Shown here: in pieces, positions 1 through 9,052 of the stretch
How positions within the stretch are numbered: the first letter of the stretch is position 1
Layout of the letters: each line of letters begins with the position of its first letter
Origin: a virus
Strand: one strand, 5' to 3'
Virus record (IMG/VR): IMGVR_UViG_3300031857_000028
Coordinates: 1 to 64,000 of that record
Length of the DNA: 64,000 bases
Notes under the pieces: generated by a model
Database searches by the model: none
Seen by the model: only the letters and a program-made list of their open reading frames with translations
Told to the model about the DNA's origin: nothing
Position numbers and translations under genes: made by a program

Positions 1-23
1 TAATGTCCATACACATACGCCAT
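1..23 (-). CDS. 5' end of a putative GIY-YIG-like homing endonuclease (runs off the window)
   Basis: ATG at 23 with upstream GGAGA RBS; MAYVYGH resembles the YVY-x-H start of phage GIY-YIG/NUMOD3 endonucleases; only 7 codons visible. Confidence 0.4.
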
Positions 24-44
24 ACTATTTCTCCGAAAAACAAA

Positions 45-144
45 ACCCCTACTTTCAGACATCAGAATGTTAGCGGCACTCTGAGCTTACTCATAGGGGT
101 AATTTTGTTATATATGAGAAGACTGCCGCTAACAATCCTCACAT
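45..144 (-). ncRNA. Structured leader RNA with two hairpins whose loops are complementary
   Basis: Hairpins 114-144 (loop UUAGCGG) and 62-84 (loop CCGCUAA); outer stem 45-51/94-100 followed by a U-rich tract. Confidence 0.55.
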
Positions 145-171
145 ATATAAGTAGTATGTTATACTAAATTA

Positions 172-723
172 TTAGGGCTTCTTATCACTACAATTCAGAT
201 TCCCTGCGGGATTTACTGCCATACAATACAGGCGTAAAGTATCTACCTTTGTAATACGAACGGTGTCTACCCGAACAACAATCGTTGGAACCCGCACGGT
301 ATCTACCTTAGTAATACGCAACGTATCCACTCTCGTTACAATCTTTGGTACATATACCGTGTCGAGGCGAGTAACTATCTTATTGACGGTATCAACGCGA
401 ACCAATCGCACTGTATCGGTTTTCGTAACAGTCCGTAGAACCGTATCGACTTTCGTTAATCGCAACGTATCTGTCTTGGTAACTGTCTTAACTACGGTGT
501 CTGTATTTGTACGAGTAATAATAACGGTATCCGTTCTAACAATTACATTGTTTACCGTGTCGGTCTTTGTCTTTACCAACGTGTCAGTCTTTTGAAGAAA
601 CACGGTATCCAACTTTCCATTTTTAAAATATACAGTGTATGGCTTCGTTGGGCCTTCATCTGCACATGCTGCACCTATAAGTACTGCTCCTACAACTGCT
701 GCTAACTTCAATATTCCTTTCAT
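172..723 (-). CDS. Lipoprotein with 14 D-T-(V/L) repeats
   Basis: Lipobox-like LIGAAC after a hydrophobic leader; repeated xDTV/xDTL units. Confidence 0.75.
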   Translation of the reverse strand: MKGILKLAAVVGAVLIGAACADEGPTKPYTVYFKNGKLDTVFLQKTDTLVKTKTDTVNNVIVRTDTVIITRTNTDTVVKTVTKTDTLRLTKVDTVLRTVTKTDTVRLVRVDTVNKIVTRLDTVYVPKIVTRVDTLRITKVDTVRVPTIVVRVDTVRITKVDTLRLYCMAVNPAGNLNCSDKKP

Positions 724-733
724 ATACTTCCTC

Positions 734-1084
734 TTAAGTTTTAAGTTTTACACATTCAAAATTTAATCCATACGATATTCTAAAAGGATAATATAACCTA
801 TCTATGTGAGGAAAGCAATACAAATCCTTTTTATATCCTCGTAATATTACCTCAACCGTATCAGCCTTTGTCGCATAGCTAATATTATTAGTTGAATCAA
901 AATTGGTAAATAACGTATGGTTTTTTTGGTAAATGGTTTTTTCATTTTTGTTTACTATAATTTCCAAACTATCTATATATTTTCTATCATAAGCATAAAC
1001 GATTCTAATAGGGCTTCCTTGTAAAGACAGCGTGGCCGTAGAAGTTAGGACACCAATACATAGCAGTACTAATCGTCTGAACAT
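734..1084 (-). CDS. Putative secreted hypothetical protein
   Basis: N-terminal signal-like hydrophobic stretch; packed in an operon. Confidence 0.55.
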   Translation of the reverse strand: MFRRLVLLCIGVLTSTATLSLQGSPIRIVYAYDRKYIDSLEIIVNKNEKTIYQKNHTLFTNFDSTNNISYATKADTVEVILRGYKKDLYCFPHIDRLYYPFRISYGLNFECVKLKT

Positions 1085-1704
1085 GTTTCATTTTGTATCG
1101 TACCCCCACCAACCGCTTGCCAATTCAAACAGACGGTATTTGCATTCCGTAGACGAGCACCGGTAGACTTTCTGATGGCTAACGGAAACTTATCATATTC
1201 TGTTAAGCACTGTGGTATGGTTCTATCTCTATCCCGCATCACAATACTACCATCATTATATTCCATGAACGCACAGAATTGAACCGTTCGTGCAGCCACC
1301 GTTGTATCCCTCACCACCACACTATCTGGCTTCACATGAAGTCTGGTGACTTTGTAGTAAGCATCTGCGTTGAAATAAAAATTGACGTTTGCTGGAAGAC
1401 TTACCAATCCCCGGCGAACATTTACCATCATAAACCTATACGTAGTCGTATCATCGGGAATCGTAAATGATACGGTGTCTGGCATCTTTGCTCTTCGATA
1501 TACTACTGGCACTGAATCTTTTGATACGAACACCAGAATCATAGTACTATCAACTGCTTGAGGTTGTACCCATGTTACTCTAAAGCTAATTTGTTTTACC
1601 GTAGACATCAACGAAACCGCCGCACTGATTTGTTGCGGCGGTGACGGCTGAGCGTTCAGATTCAATGAACAAATACACATCAATGTAGCAAATAACCATT
1701 TCAT
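1069..1704 (-). CDS. Putative secreted beta-rich protein
   Basis: Signal peptide (MKWLFATLM...LNAQ); GAGG RBS. Confidence 0.65.
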   Translation of the reverse strand: MKWLFATLMCICSLNLNAQPSPPQQISAAVSLMSTVKQISFRVTWVQPQAVDSTMILVFVSKDSVPVVYRRAKMPDTVSFTIPDDTTTYRFMMVNVRRGLVSLPANVNFYFNADAYYKVTRLHVKPDSVVVRDTTVAARTVQFCAFMEYNDGSIVMRDRDRTIPQCLTEYDKFPLAIRKSTGARLRNANTVCLNWQAVGGGTIQNETCSDD

Positions 1705-1713
1705 AAAAACCTC

Positions 1714-2349
1714 TTATTCTTTTACCAACGTGATAAATGTAATATTTTTCGTCACAAGAGTTGTTGTTCCATCTTCTTCACGAATAAACAATGACCGATA
1801 ATTTTTTAGATTGTTCGAATCGGTTGGTAAATTTGTAAAGAATTCATCGACTTTAATTGCTCCACCAATAATCGGTGCAGTCAATATGATGGTATCCACA
1901 CGAATTGAATCAGGTGGTGGCGGTGGACCATCCGCAGTTCTAATCACTACTTGTCCTTGTGCTGGAGTTGTTGATTCCAACCCACGGCGTACTGACCATA
2001 CACGAGAGGTAAGTATCAATGTATCGGTAACTGCTGGACGACTGATTGTAACAGTATCCACAAATCCGTTCACACGTTTTCTCGTTGGAAGGGTGCCCGA
2101 AACAGTTCTATTTGCAGTCATGGTATGCAAATAATATTCCGGGTCACCCAATCCATCTGATGTGGGCTTAGCCCAACGAGTTCTAATACTAATGGTACTA
2201 CTCACTAGATTGGAACTAACTAATGAAAATCCAACATCGGTTACTTCAGCAGGTGTTTTCTCTCCCGCAGGTGGTTCAATAACCCGTACCACTTCACATG
2301 CTGTTACAGCTACTACCAGTAATAATACTAAGTATTTTAGTTTGTTCAT
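1714..2349 (-). CDS. Putative lipoprotein
   Basis: LLVVAVTAC lipobox. Confidence 0.7.
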   Translation of the reverse strand: MNKLKYLVLLLVVAVTACEVVRVIEPPAGEKTPAEVTDVGFSLVSSNLVSSTISIRTRWAKPTSDGLGDPEYYLHTMTANRTVSGTLPTRKRVNGFVDTVTISRPAVTDTLILTSRVWSVRRGLESTTPAQGQVVIRTADGPPPPPDSIRVDTIILTAPIIGGAIKVDEFFTNLPTDSNNLKNYRSLFIREEDGTTTLVTKNITFITLVKE

Positions 2350-2390
2350 TGCAAAATCTCGACATAAGAATGAACAAAACCTTTAGAATG

Positions 2391-3527
2391 TTACGGTGTA
2401 ACCCTTAGTCCACGACGAGTAACCTTGTCACCAATCCATACTCGGAACGTTGCATCACCAGTTGCAACGCCCAACGTCAATCCACCATTCGATACCGACA
2501 AGAGTGACGGTGTATCAGACGCCCAATTAAATGTACGACCGGCCAATGCCGCAGTTTCAATACGACCACCATCTCGGTCAAAGGCTGTTGCGCTAAACTG
2601 ACGAGTAAATCCAATACGCAGGGATGTAGTATCACTTGGCGTCACAACAATCGTATCAATATCTACAATTCCAACTGTAAGATTAAATGTTGCCAATCGA
2701 CTGTCTACCAATGCCGCAACGGTCGTTGTACCCGTAAACAATCCAGTAACTACACCCGTGTTTGAAATCGTGGCAATCGATGGATTGCTCGTTGTCCATG
2801 TAACAGAACGACCAGCCGTACTCAGTAAATTCCCAACACTGTCACGAATGTTTAACGACAACTGTGTTGACCGACCGATAAAGAAATTATTAGTTGCTGA
2901 AATACTTACACTTGATGCGGGAACCACATTTACTGTCAATGTAAAATTTGCAGACCTACCTTCACTGGTTGCACGAATAGTCGTAGTACCCGGCCCAACT
3001 GCGGTAATAGTTCCCAACTGCGTTACGGTAGCTACTGCTGTATTGAGTGAAGTCCACTCGACAAACCGATTCGTAAGCAGTTCGTTACTCGGTCCCCTAA
3101 TTTCAATTCGGGGCGTAGTAGTCTGTCCGATAAACAGTGCAGTAGAACTCGGTGTCAGTACTACCACGGATACGGGAATATTAATAACTGCGGCAACAGT
3201 CTGTCCCGTTACATCACCTGACGTTGCATAAATAATGACTGCACCGGCAGATACACCCGTAACTACACCGGATGGACTTACTGTTGCGCGTGACGGGTCA
3301 GAAGAGCGCCACGTAACAGTCTTACCAGTTACGGTACCACCGGCAGCATTAAGCAGTGTAGCCGTAAACTGTTGCTGCTGTCCCACCGTCAACGTAAAGG
3401 CATTTGGACTTACCGTAATCGTAGTAACGGAGTCTGCCACCACGGGCGTCTTTACTACTTCCGTCACCTTACATGCGGACATACCACTAAACAAACTCAA
3501 ACCCAAAACCAACAAAACTTTCTTCAT
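2391..3527 (-). CDS. Ig-like (Big_2) repeat lipoprotein
   Basis: Lipobox MSAC; four repeats of the type VTWxSSxPSxATVSxxGVVTG. Confidence 0.85.
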   Translation of the reverse strand: MKKVLLVLGLSLFSGMSACKVTEVVKTPVVADSVTTITVSPNAFTLTVGQQQQFTATLLNAAGGTVTGKTVTWRSSDPSRATVSPSGVVTGVSAGAVIIYATSGDVTGQTVAAVINIPVSVVVLTPSSTALFIGQTTTPRIEIRGPSNELLTNRFVEWTSLNTAVATVTQLGTITAVGPGTTTIRATSEGRSANFTLTVNVVPASSVSISATNNFFIGRSTQLSLNIRDSVGNLLSTAGRSVTWTTSNPSIATISNTGVVTGLFTGTTTVAALVDSRLATFNLTVGIVDIDTIVVTPSDTTSLRIGFTRQFSATAFDRDGGRIETAALAGRTFNWASDTPSLLSVSNGGLTLGVATGDATFRVWIGDKVTRRGLRVTP

Positions 3528-3561
3528 GTAACCTCTCCTAGTTAATTTAATATAAATAGTC

Positions 3562-4437
3562 TTACTTTACTACAAACGAACAAAGGTCGGGCTTATCTCG
3601 GAAACTACACCAACGACATGCCTCTTTACTGGGTGATGCGCCTTGTTCGTGGACATATTCACCTTCAGAATTAAAAGCGGTACTCACAAACTTTTGAAAA
3701 CGGTCCCAACTCTTATTCACACTTGGAGTACCGTTCGATGGTTCGAACTTACTTACTCGTGGAATAGTAAATTGTGCATTCTCAAAAATTGTACGTTTCA
3801 GAATAACAAATTCAACCTTAATATTCTTTTCATCAATACCCAATTGCTGAGAAAAGAATCTCTTATACAAGAGCAACTGTCCTACCTTCGTCGGGTCTTT
3901 CTTCTGTGCATCCGTCCACCCCGAACGTGACGTTTTCAAATCATACAGGACGTATTGATTACTCACCGTGTTATGGGTCACGATGTCAATGTATCCCACG
4001 TAATTAACGCCCTTACGTACTTCCGCATTTAATTCATATTCAATTCCAAAAAGTCTGGTATTTTCTGTTGGGAATATTTTCTTATAATTATTTTGGATAT
4101 ATGTAAGGATTCCACACCCATGTTCATAAAACTCCATGAGTGTTTTCTTATCGGCAAGAAAGATTTTCTCACCCGATTCATTCACGACGGTATTTTCTTT
4201 AAAAAGATTCAAAAGCTTTTCTTTGAATCCGTCGTGAAGGTACATCGTCTTTGCCATCGTTTCACTTTTATTATATAGAACGTCCAGCCACTCTTGGATA
4301 GCTTCGTGCATACTCGTACCAAAAATGGTATGAATAGACGTATCATCCAGTTTGTGGCCGTCCACATATTTTAGTTTCCATGCATGTGCACAGTTTTCCC
4401 ACATTGAATATTGACTATAACTAATTCTTTTGCTCAC
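3562..4437 (-). CDS. PD-(D/E)XK nuclease, Cas4/AddB-like
   Basis: SYSQ..C start, GYIDIV, YDLKTS, QLLLY and C-terminal CRWC..C Fe-S staple. Confidence 0.85.
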   Translation of the reverse strand: MSKRISYSQYSMWENCAHAWKLKYVDGHKLDDTSIHTIFGTSMHEAIQEWLDVLYNKSETMAKTMYLHDGFKEKLLNLFKENTVVNESGEKIFLADKKTLMEFYEHGCGILTYIQNNYKKIFPTENTRLFGIEYELNAEVRKGVNYVGYIDIVTHNTVSNQYVLYDLKTSRSGWTDAQKKDPTKVGQLLLYKRFFSQQLGIDEKNIKVEFVILKRTIFENAQFTIPRVSKFEPSNGTPSVNKSWDRFQKFVSTAFNSEGEYVHEQGASPSKEACRWCSFRDKPDLCSFVVK

Positions 4438-4646
4438 GTAAACCCATCCAGTATCTTGGTAAATTTAGCTTGTTCTTTCTTATTATAAGAACTCACGGGC
4501 GTAGTATCATTTACTGCATCCAGTATAATTCCCACAACATCTTTTACTACCTGCAAGTCATTCACATTGTATACGATTGGCCCATGTTCTTCCACTTCAA
4601 TCAATATACTCATCTTACCTGTAAAGGTAAAATTAATCTCGCCCAT
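4434..4646 (-). CDS. Hypothetical protein
   Basis: GAGG RBS; 4-nt overlap with the next gene. Confidence 0.6.
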   Translation of the reverse strand: MGEINFTFTGKMSILIEVEEHGPIVYNVNDLQVVKDVVGIILDAVNDTTPVSSYNKKEQAKFTKILDGFT

Positions 4647-4652
4647 ATTTCC

Positions 4653-5015
4653 TCACGGAGTAATAATTGGTAAGCCATCAGCATGGAAATCGCATAGTGT
4701 TTTGTAGTCTGGAAGAACTTCATGTCGGGAACGAAGGTTGCCCGGTCTACCGCATTCTTCGCAAATCTTGAAACTTTCTAGTTCGACACTAATAACAAAC
4801 CTATCAAAATCTTCATGCATGGGTGCGGTATAAATACGCAGTCCACCCCATTTCTCTTTCACCGTATCAATAATAATATTAGGATACTCTTCCAATTTAT
4901 CAAATACTTTATGAATCAATCGTGCCCAGCCATGACCTACAGACCGTAGGGCTTGCTCTCTATTATAACCTTTTAAGTAGAAACAGCCTGGTACGAATTC
5001 TACATCCTTTTTCAT
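4653..5015 (-). CDS. Phage hypothetical protein with CxxC
   Basis: GW...KEKWGGLRIY...ICEECG...TLC pattern; GGAG RBS. Confidence 0.7.
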   Translation of the reverse strand: MKKDVEFVPGCFYLKGYNREQALRSVGHGWARLIHKVFDKLEEYPNIIIDTVKEKWGGLRIYTAPMHEDFDRFVISVELESFKICEECGRPGNLRSRHEVLPDYKTLCDFHADGLPIITP

Positions 5016-5041
5016 AAACGTCTCCGAGAGATGATGTATTA

Positions 5042-5070
5042 TATATACACAATAATCTTGATATTGTCAA
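5042..5070 (-). promoter_or_regulatory. Sigma70-like promoter
   Basis: TTGACA-N17-TATATA upstream of 5015. Confidence 0.5.
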
Positions 5071-5080
5071 GTGGTAATGA

Positions 5081-5088
5081 TACTTATA
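5081..5088 (+). promoter_or_regulatory. TACTTATA promoter-like motif
   Basis: About 25 nt upstream of 5113; same motif precedes many minus-strand genes. Confidence 0.55.
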
Positions 5089-5112
5089 TAAAGATTCATT
5101 ACCGAGAAATAT

Positions 5113-6474
5113 ATGTCACAACATAAAATTATTAAAATACCCGACTGGAATACGCCGGAGGCCGAAACATTTTTAAATACAATCGGTAAAGAAGGATGGG
5201 AATTATTACATATATATAATCAACATGCCTTTATGAAGACCTCAACGGGCGGCTCCGTTGCCAGTGGGTCGCTTAATGCTGCAGTTGATGCGTTTGGAAG
5301 AGTTCGTATGTCCGAACCATTTACATTAGGTGATTATAAACCCAGTACGATTGATGATGCGTTTATCAATAAAGTAAATGGGGATGGTAGTATTACCGGT
5401 AACATAAATCGTGCATCAGTAATCCTTGCAGCAACGAGTAGTACGAGTTATGCAATTCACCAAACCAAAATGTATCATCATTATATGCCAGGAAAGAGTC
5501 AAACAATTCTTTCCAGTTTCATATTTGGTACACCGGTCAGTGGGTCTATAAAACGGACAGGGTACTTTGATGACCTCAATGGTATCTTCTTAGAACAAGA
5601 TGCGACGGGAAGTTTACAAATCGTAATTCGTTCTGCCACCAGTGGTACAGGGTCGGTTACAGAACAACGTGTCAAACAAGAAAACTGGAATGTGAATACC
5701 TTATTAGAAGGCGATTTCACGTTGGATGTAACGAAAACCCAATTATTCTATATAGACTTCCAATGGTTAGCGGTTGGTCGTGTTCGATGCGGATTCGTAC
5801 ACAGTGGTGTTACGGTTATTACCCATGTGTTTGACCATAGTAATATTTTAGATGTTGCCTACATGCAAAACCCCAATCTTCCGATGCGATGTGAGATTAG
5901 AAACTCAGTCACTACTGCATCATACATGGAACAAATCTGTTCTACGGTGGCAAGTGAAGGGGGATATGTAGAAGCAGGTCGAGCATTCTCGTTTGCCAAT
6001 CCATCGTTCCGAACGTTGGGTAGTGGGTCAACACTTCCCGTGTTAGCAATTCGTTTAAAGAATTCTGTGGGCGGTTTACCCAATCGTGCATATGTTCGTA
6101 TTAACGATTCGTCCGTATTTACTGACCAACAATCTGTTAGATATGTACTTACCAAGTTAAACAGTGGTTCCATGTTAACTACGGCAAGTGCATGGGAATC
6201 CGTAGATAACCAATCGGTGGTAGAATATAATACATCTGCCACGGGATATACGAACGGAAAAATTTTACTGTCGGGATTCGTCGGAGCAAACTCCCTGAAT
6301 ATCAATCAAGCCAACCCACTGGTACAATCTCATGCGGGTGTTACCAATAAACAAAACTTTATTGCACAGAACTTTGACAGTAACGACAGTGAGATCTATG
6401 TCTTAGTTGCCAAAAATATGACTGCCAATACAACCAATGTCGGCGGTTCTATGTTATGGTCTGAAGTCTATTAA
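5113..6474 (+). CDS. Putative virion-associated beta-sandwich protein
   Basis: 453-aa ORF with DAFGRVR and IDFQWLAVGRVRCGF motifs seen in phage proteins; SGS-rich. Confidence 0.65.
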   Translation: MSQHKIIKIPDWNTPEAETFLNTIGKEGWELLHIYNQHAFMKTSTGGSVASGSLNAAVDAFGRVRMSEPFTLGDYKPSTIDDAFINKVNGDGSITGNINRASVILAATSSTSYAIHQTKMYHHYMPGKSQTILSSFIFGTPVSGSIKRTGYFDDLNGIFLEQDATGSLQIVIRSATSGTGSVTEQRVKQENWNVNTLLEGDFTLDVTKTQLFYIDFQWLAVGRVRCGFVHSGVTVITHVFDHSNILDVAYMQNPNLPMRCEIRNSVTTASYMEQICSTVASEGGYVEAGRAFSFANPSFRTLGSGSTLPVLAIRLKNSVGGLPNRAYVRINDSSVFTDQQSVRYVLTKLNSGSMLTTASAWESVDNQSVVEYNTSATGYTNGKILLSGFVGANSLNINQANPLVQSHAGVTNKQNFIAQNFDSNDSEIYVLVAKNMTANTTNVGGSMLWSEVY

Positions 6475-6492
6475 CTTTTATAGAGTACACGT

Positions 6493-6696
6493 ATGCCTTT
6501 TAGATATTATATTGCTGCAATGCCATCCGGTTCAATGAACGGTGCATGGTTAAATCAAATCGGTTCAAACGTTTCCCATTCTCTTACTGGTGCGCCAAGT
6601 GGCAGTTGGAACTTAGTTAATGTAGTTCCGATGTCATCGTTAAACGAAACGGGCGGTGGTTCTGTTATGTGTTATTTTGTATCGGGTTCGTATTAA
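6493..6696 (+). CDS. Small hypothetical protein
   Basis: Co-oriented with 5113; SGS-rich. Confidence 0.55.
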   Translation: MPFRYYIAAMPSGSMNGAWLNQIGSNVSHSLTGAPSGSWNLVNVVPMSSLNETGGGSVMCYFVSGSY

Positions 6697-6889
6697 TTTT
6701 CATTTCCAATTCCGATTCTAACGCCTCAATGTGTTCGTGTAATGCATGGACACTTGATGGCGCTTCTATAAAATCATAACTGACAAAGTTTCCGATACTC
6801 ACACTCACATGAAATGTTGAGGGGGAGTCTTGATAAATAACATACGTGTTTCCTTTAGAAGTTTTTTTGATTTCCTTTCCGGTAATCAT
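6665..6889 (-). CDS. Hypothetical protein
   Basis: Start MITGKE immediately follows the upstream stop. Confidence 0.5.
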   Translation of the reverse strand: MITGKEIKKTSKGNTYVIYQDSPSTFHVSVSIGNFVSYDFIEAPSSVHALHEHIEALESELEMKINTNPIQNNT

Positions 6890-6890
6890 A

Positions 6891-7157
6891 TTACTTCTCA
6901 CGCATGTTACGCATTAATAGAATAGCTTCCCACCGAATTTTATCTTCCGACCAAACTCCAGTTAAGCCAGGAAATAATTCCCAAAACATTCCAGATGCAA
7001 GTAATTCCGCATATTCCTTGTCAGGCTCATCATAACTAGAAGTATTCGGTAATCCACTATACTCACACATATCTTTATTGAAGATACGTTCCCAGTTATT
7101 TTTATATGTTTCTTGGTCTACGCTAAACGGTCGTGGAGTATCGCCTTTACCATTCAT
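6891..7157 (-). CDS. Hypothetical protein (GKGDTPRP motif)
   Basis: GAGG RBS before ATG 7157. Confidence 0.6.
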   Translation of the reverse strand: MNGKGDTPRPFSVDQETYKNNWERIFNKDMCEYSGLPNTSSYDEPDKEYAELLASGMFWELFPGLTGVWSEDKIRWEAILLMRNMREK

Positions 7158-7596
7158 AATACGCCACCTCAACCCCAGCTTCTTCAAACATAATCAGACT
7201 ACGTTTGGCGTGTTCATACCACTTCTGCGTACTTTCTCCAAACGTTAGATGGTTCTCGCAGACAATTTTGGAAATACCAGAGTTAATAATTCCCCGGGCA
7301 CAGTCGGCGCACGGAATACCACAGGTTAAATACATAGTACATCCCTTTGTACTTACACCAATTCGTGCGGCATTGTATAATGCATTACGTTCCGCGTGTT
7401 CAAACCAGAAATACTTCTCAGGACGTTCTTGCCGACTGTCTACGTTGTCGTCAATTCCACGAGGAAATGAATTATATCCAGTGGATACAATTTCATTATC
7501 TGACCCTACGATTACTGCACCAATTTGCGTGTTCTCGTCCTTAGACTTCATCTTCACTTGGTTTGCTATCGAACGAAAATATTGTTCCCATTTCAT
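7147..7596 (-). CDS. dCMP deaminase
   Basis: HAERNA and PCADC zinc motifs, TGYN. Confidence 0.93.
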   Translation of the reverse strand: MKWEQYFRSIANQVKMKSKDENTQIGAVIVGSDNEIVSTGYNSFPRGIDDNVDSRQERPEKYFWFEHAERNALYNAARIGVSTKGCTMYLTCGIPCADCARGIINSGISKIVCENHLTFGESTQKWYEHAKRSLIMFEEAGVEVAYYEW

Positions 7597-7715
7597 TTAA
7601 GAATCTCCTGACACAGTTCAATAACTACCTGTAAGTGTCTAATACGTTTCACTAGACGAGGAATGTCCTCACGGTTGCAATTAATTTCAATTTCTCGTAA
7701 TTCTTCTTCTGTCAT
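7593..7715 (-). CDS. 40-aa hypothetical protein, not in the ORF track
   Basis: MTEEELREIEINCNREDIPRLVKRIRHLQVVIELCQEILK; ATGA overlaps at both ends. Confidence 0.6.
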   Translation of the reverse strand: MTEEELREIEINCNREDIPRLVKRIRHLQVVIELCQEILK

Positions 7716-8173
7716 AGTTTTACCTTCTTTAAAGTTTTACTGTCAATTCCATATTTCTCACACAGTTCCCGCAAACCAGACTTATCATGCAAATAATATA
7801 TTTCGATGTATTGTATTGCTTCCACAGTGGATACATGGAAGTGTTTAGCAACTAAGTCCACCAACCACTTTTCATATTTTCCTTCTTTATTGCCTTTAAT
7901 ATATTTATTGAACTGTCTACCACGAGGAAGTATGTTCGTAAGAAACAAGTAATGACACCGGTCGGGAATCCCTGTATACTTTTGTAGTTCATCCACGACC
8001 GGTAAGTAATTACTATTCATAGACAGAAACCTGTGAATCATATACCGAGAAGCCTTATATTTCTTTCGTTCACTTTCGGTTAATGAATCAAAAAATTCTG
8101 TTGTTTGATTTTCGGTGATACCGGCAATAAAATCGAACAGTTCTTTTCCTTGGTTTCCGTTAGTCTTTTTCAT
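7712..8173 (-). CDS. Clamp loader small subunit (T4 gp62-like)
   Basis: YMIHRFLSM...FNKYIK pattern; near gp44/gp45-like genes. Confidence 0.7.
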   Translation of the reverse strand: MKKTNGNQGKELFDFIAGITENQTTEFFDSLTESERKKYKASRYMIHRFLSMNSNYLPVVDELQKYTGIPDRCHYLFLTNILPRGRQFNKYIKGNKEGKYEKWLVDLVAKHFHVSTVEAIQYIEIYYLHDKSGLRELCEKYGIDSKTLKKVKL

Positions 8174-8177
8174 AGTA

Positions 8178-8765
8178 TTATCGTAGTTCCTTTACGGAAT
8201 CAGTAAGATTATATTTCTTTGCTTCTTGAGCAGACAGCCAAACGTCTTGTGGTGGAAGTAACTTTTCACGAATCGTTTGTTCATCCAATCCCGTACACTT
8301 CTTATAATGAGCAATCATACGTTTGGTTGTCAAGTCAAACTGACGACCCGTTGCAAGAAGTTCATGCTCCTTACCAAAGGCACCGGCTGACCACTGATGG
8401 GACAAAATACTCGTATTTGGTGTAATGAGTCGATGGCCCTTCTCACCGGCAATAAACGTCATGAGTCCCGCACTGGCAATCACACCCAACCCAATCGTAT
8501 GTACAGGAATGGCACTTCCTCGCATCACATCAATAAGAGCAAATGCAGCCATGAGGTCGCCGCCGTAACTAGTAATCATCAACGTCAACTGTTCAAACTT
8601 ATTCGTCTGGGACAAATTACTATCCAGAATCCACGTAATTACTTCTTTCGTAGTTGATGTCGAAAATTCGTTTGAGAAATAAAACACACCATTATCGGAC
8701 AATGTACTGGGACGATAATCTTGCATGATATATCCTTGGATGTCCTGCATATTATTGGCTAACAT
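8178..8765 (-). CDS. clpP: ClpP-like protease
   Basis: ITSYGG, IASAG, ILSHQ, DVWLSAQEAKKYNL motifs. Confidence 0.88.
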   Translation of the reverse strand: MLANNMQDIQGYIMQDYRPSTLSDNGVFYFSNEFSTSTTKEVITWILDSNLSQTNKFEQLTLMITSYGGDLMAAFALIDVMRGSAIPVHTIGLGVIASAGLMTFIAGEKGHRLITPNTSILSHQWSAGAFGKEHELLATGRQFDLTTKRMIAHYKKCTGLDEQTIREKLLPPQDVWLSAQEAKKYNLTDSVKELR

Positions 8766-8766
8766 C

Positions 8767-9039
8767 TTACTTCTCTAACTTGATACGAGAGGTAGTATCT
8801 CGCGGCGCTTCTTCGCTATCCGAAATTTTTACTGGTAAAAACTGTTTGTTGATAAATCCACACGCATTACACGAAAAGGTTGGAATAGGAACAATAGCTT
8901 CCTTACCGGTTGGCGAAACGAGTGCAGAAATACGCTTCATCAATACAACTTCAGTAAACGTATAATTACCACAATTATCGCACACAACATCTTGTGCATT
9001 GCTAAGATCTAAATTAACAGGTGGTTGCTGATTTTTCAT
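8767..9039 (-). CDS. Zn-ribbon hypothetical protein
   Basis: CDNC and CNAC pairs. Confidence 0.7.
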   Translation of the reverse strand: MKNQQPPVNLDLSNAQDVVCDNCGNYTFTEVVLMKRISALVSPTGKEAIVPIPTFSCNACGFINKQFLPVKISDSEEAPRDTTSRIKLEK

Positions 9040-9052
9040 AACGTACTCCTTA

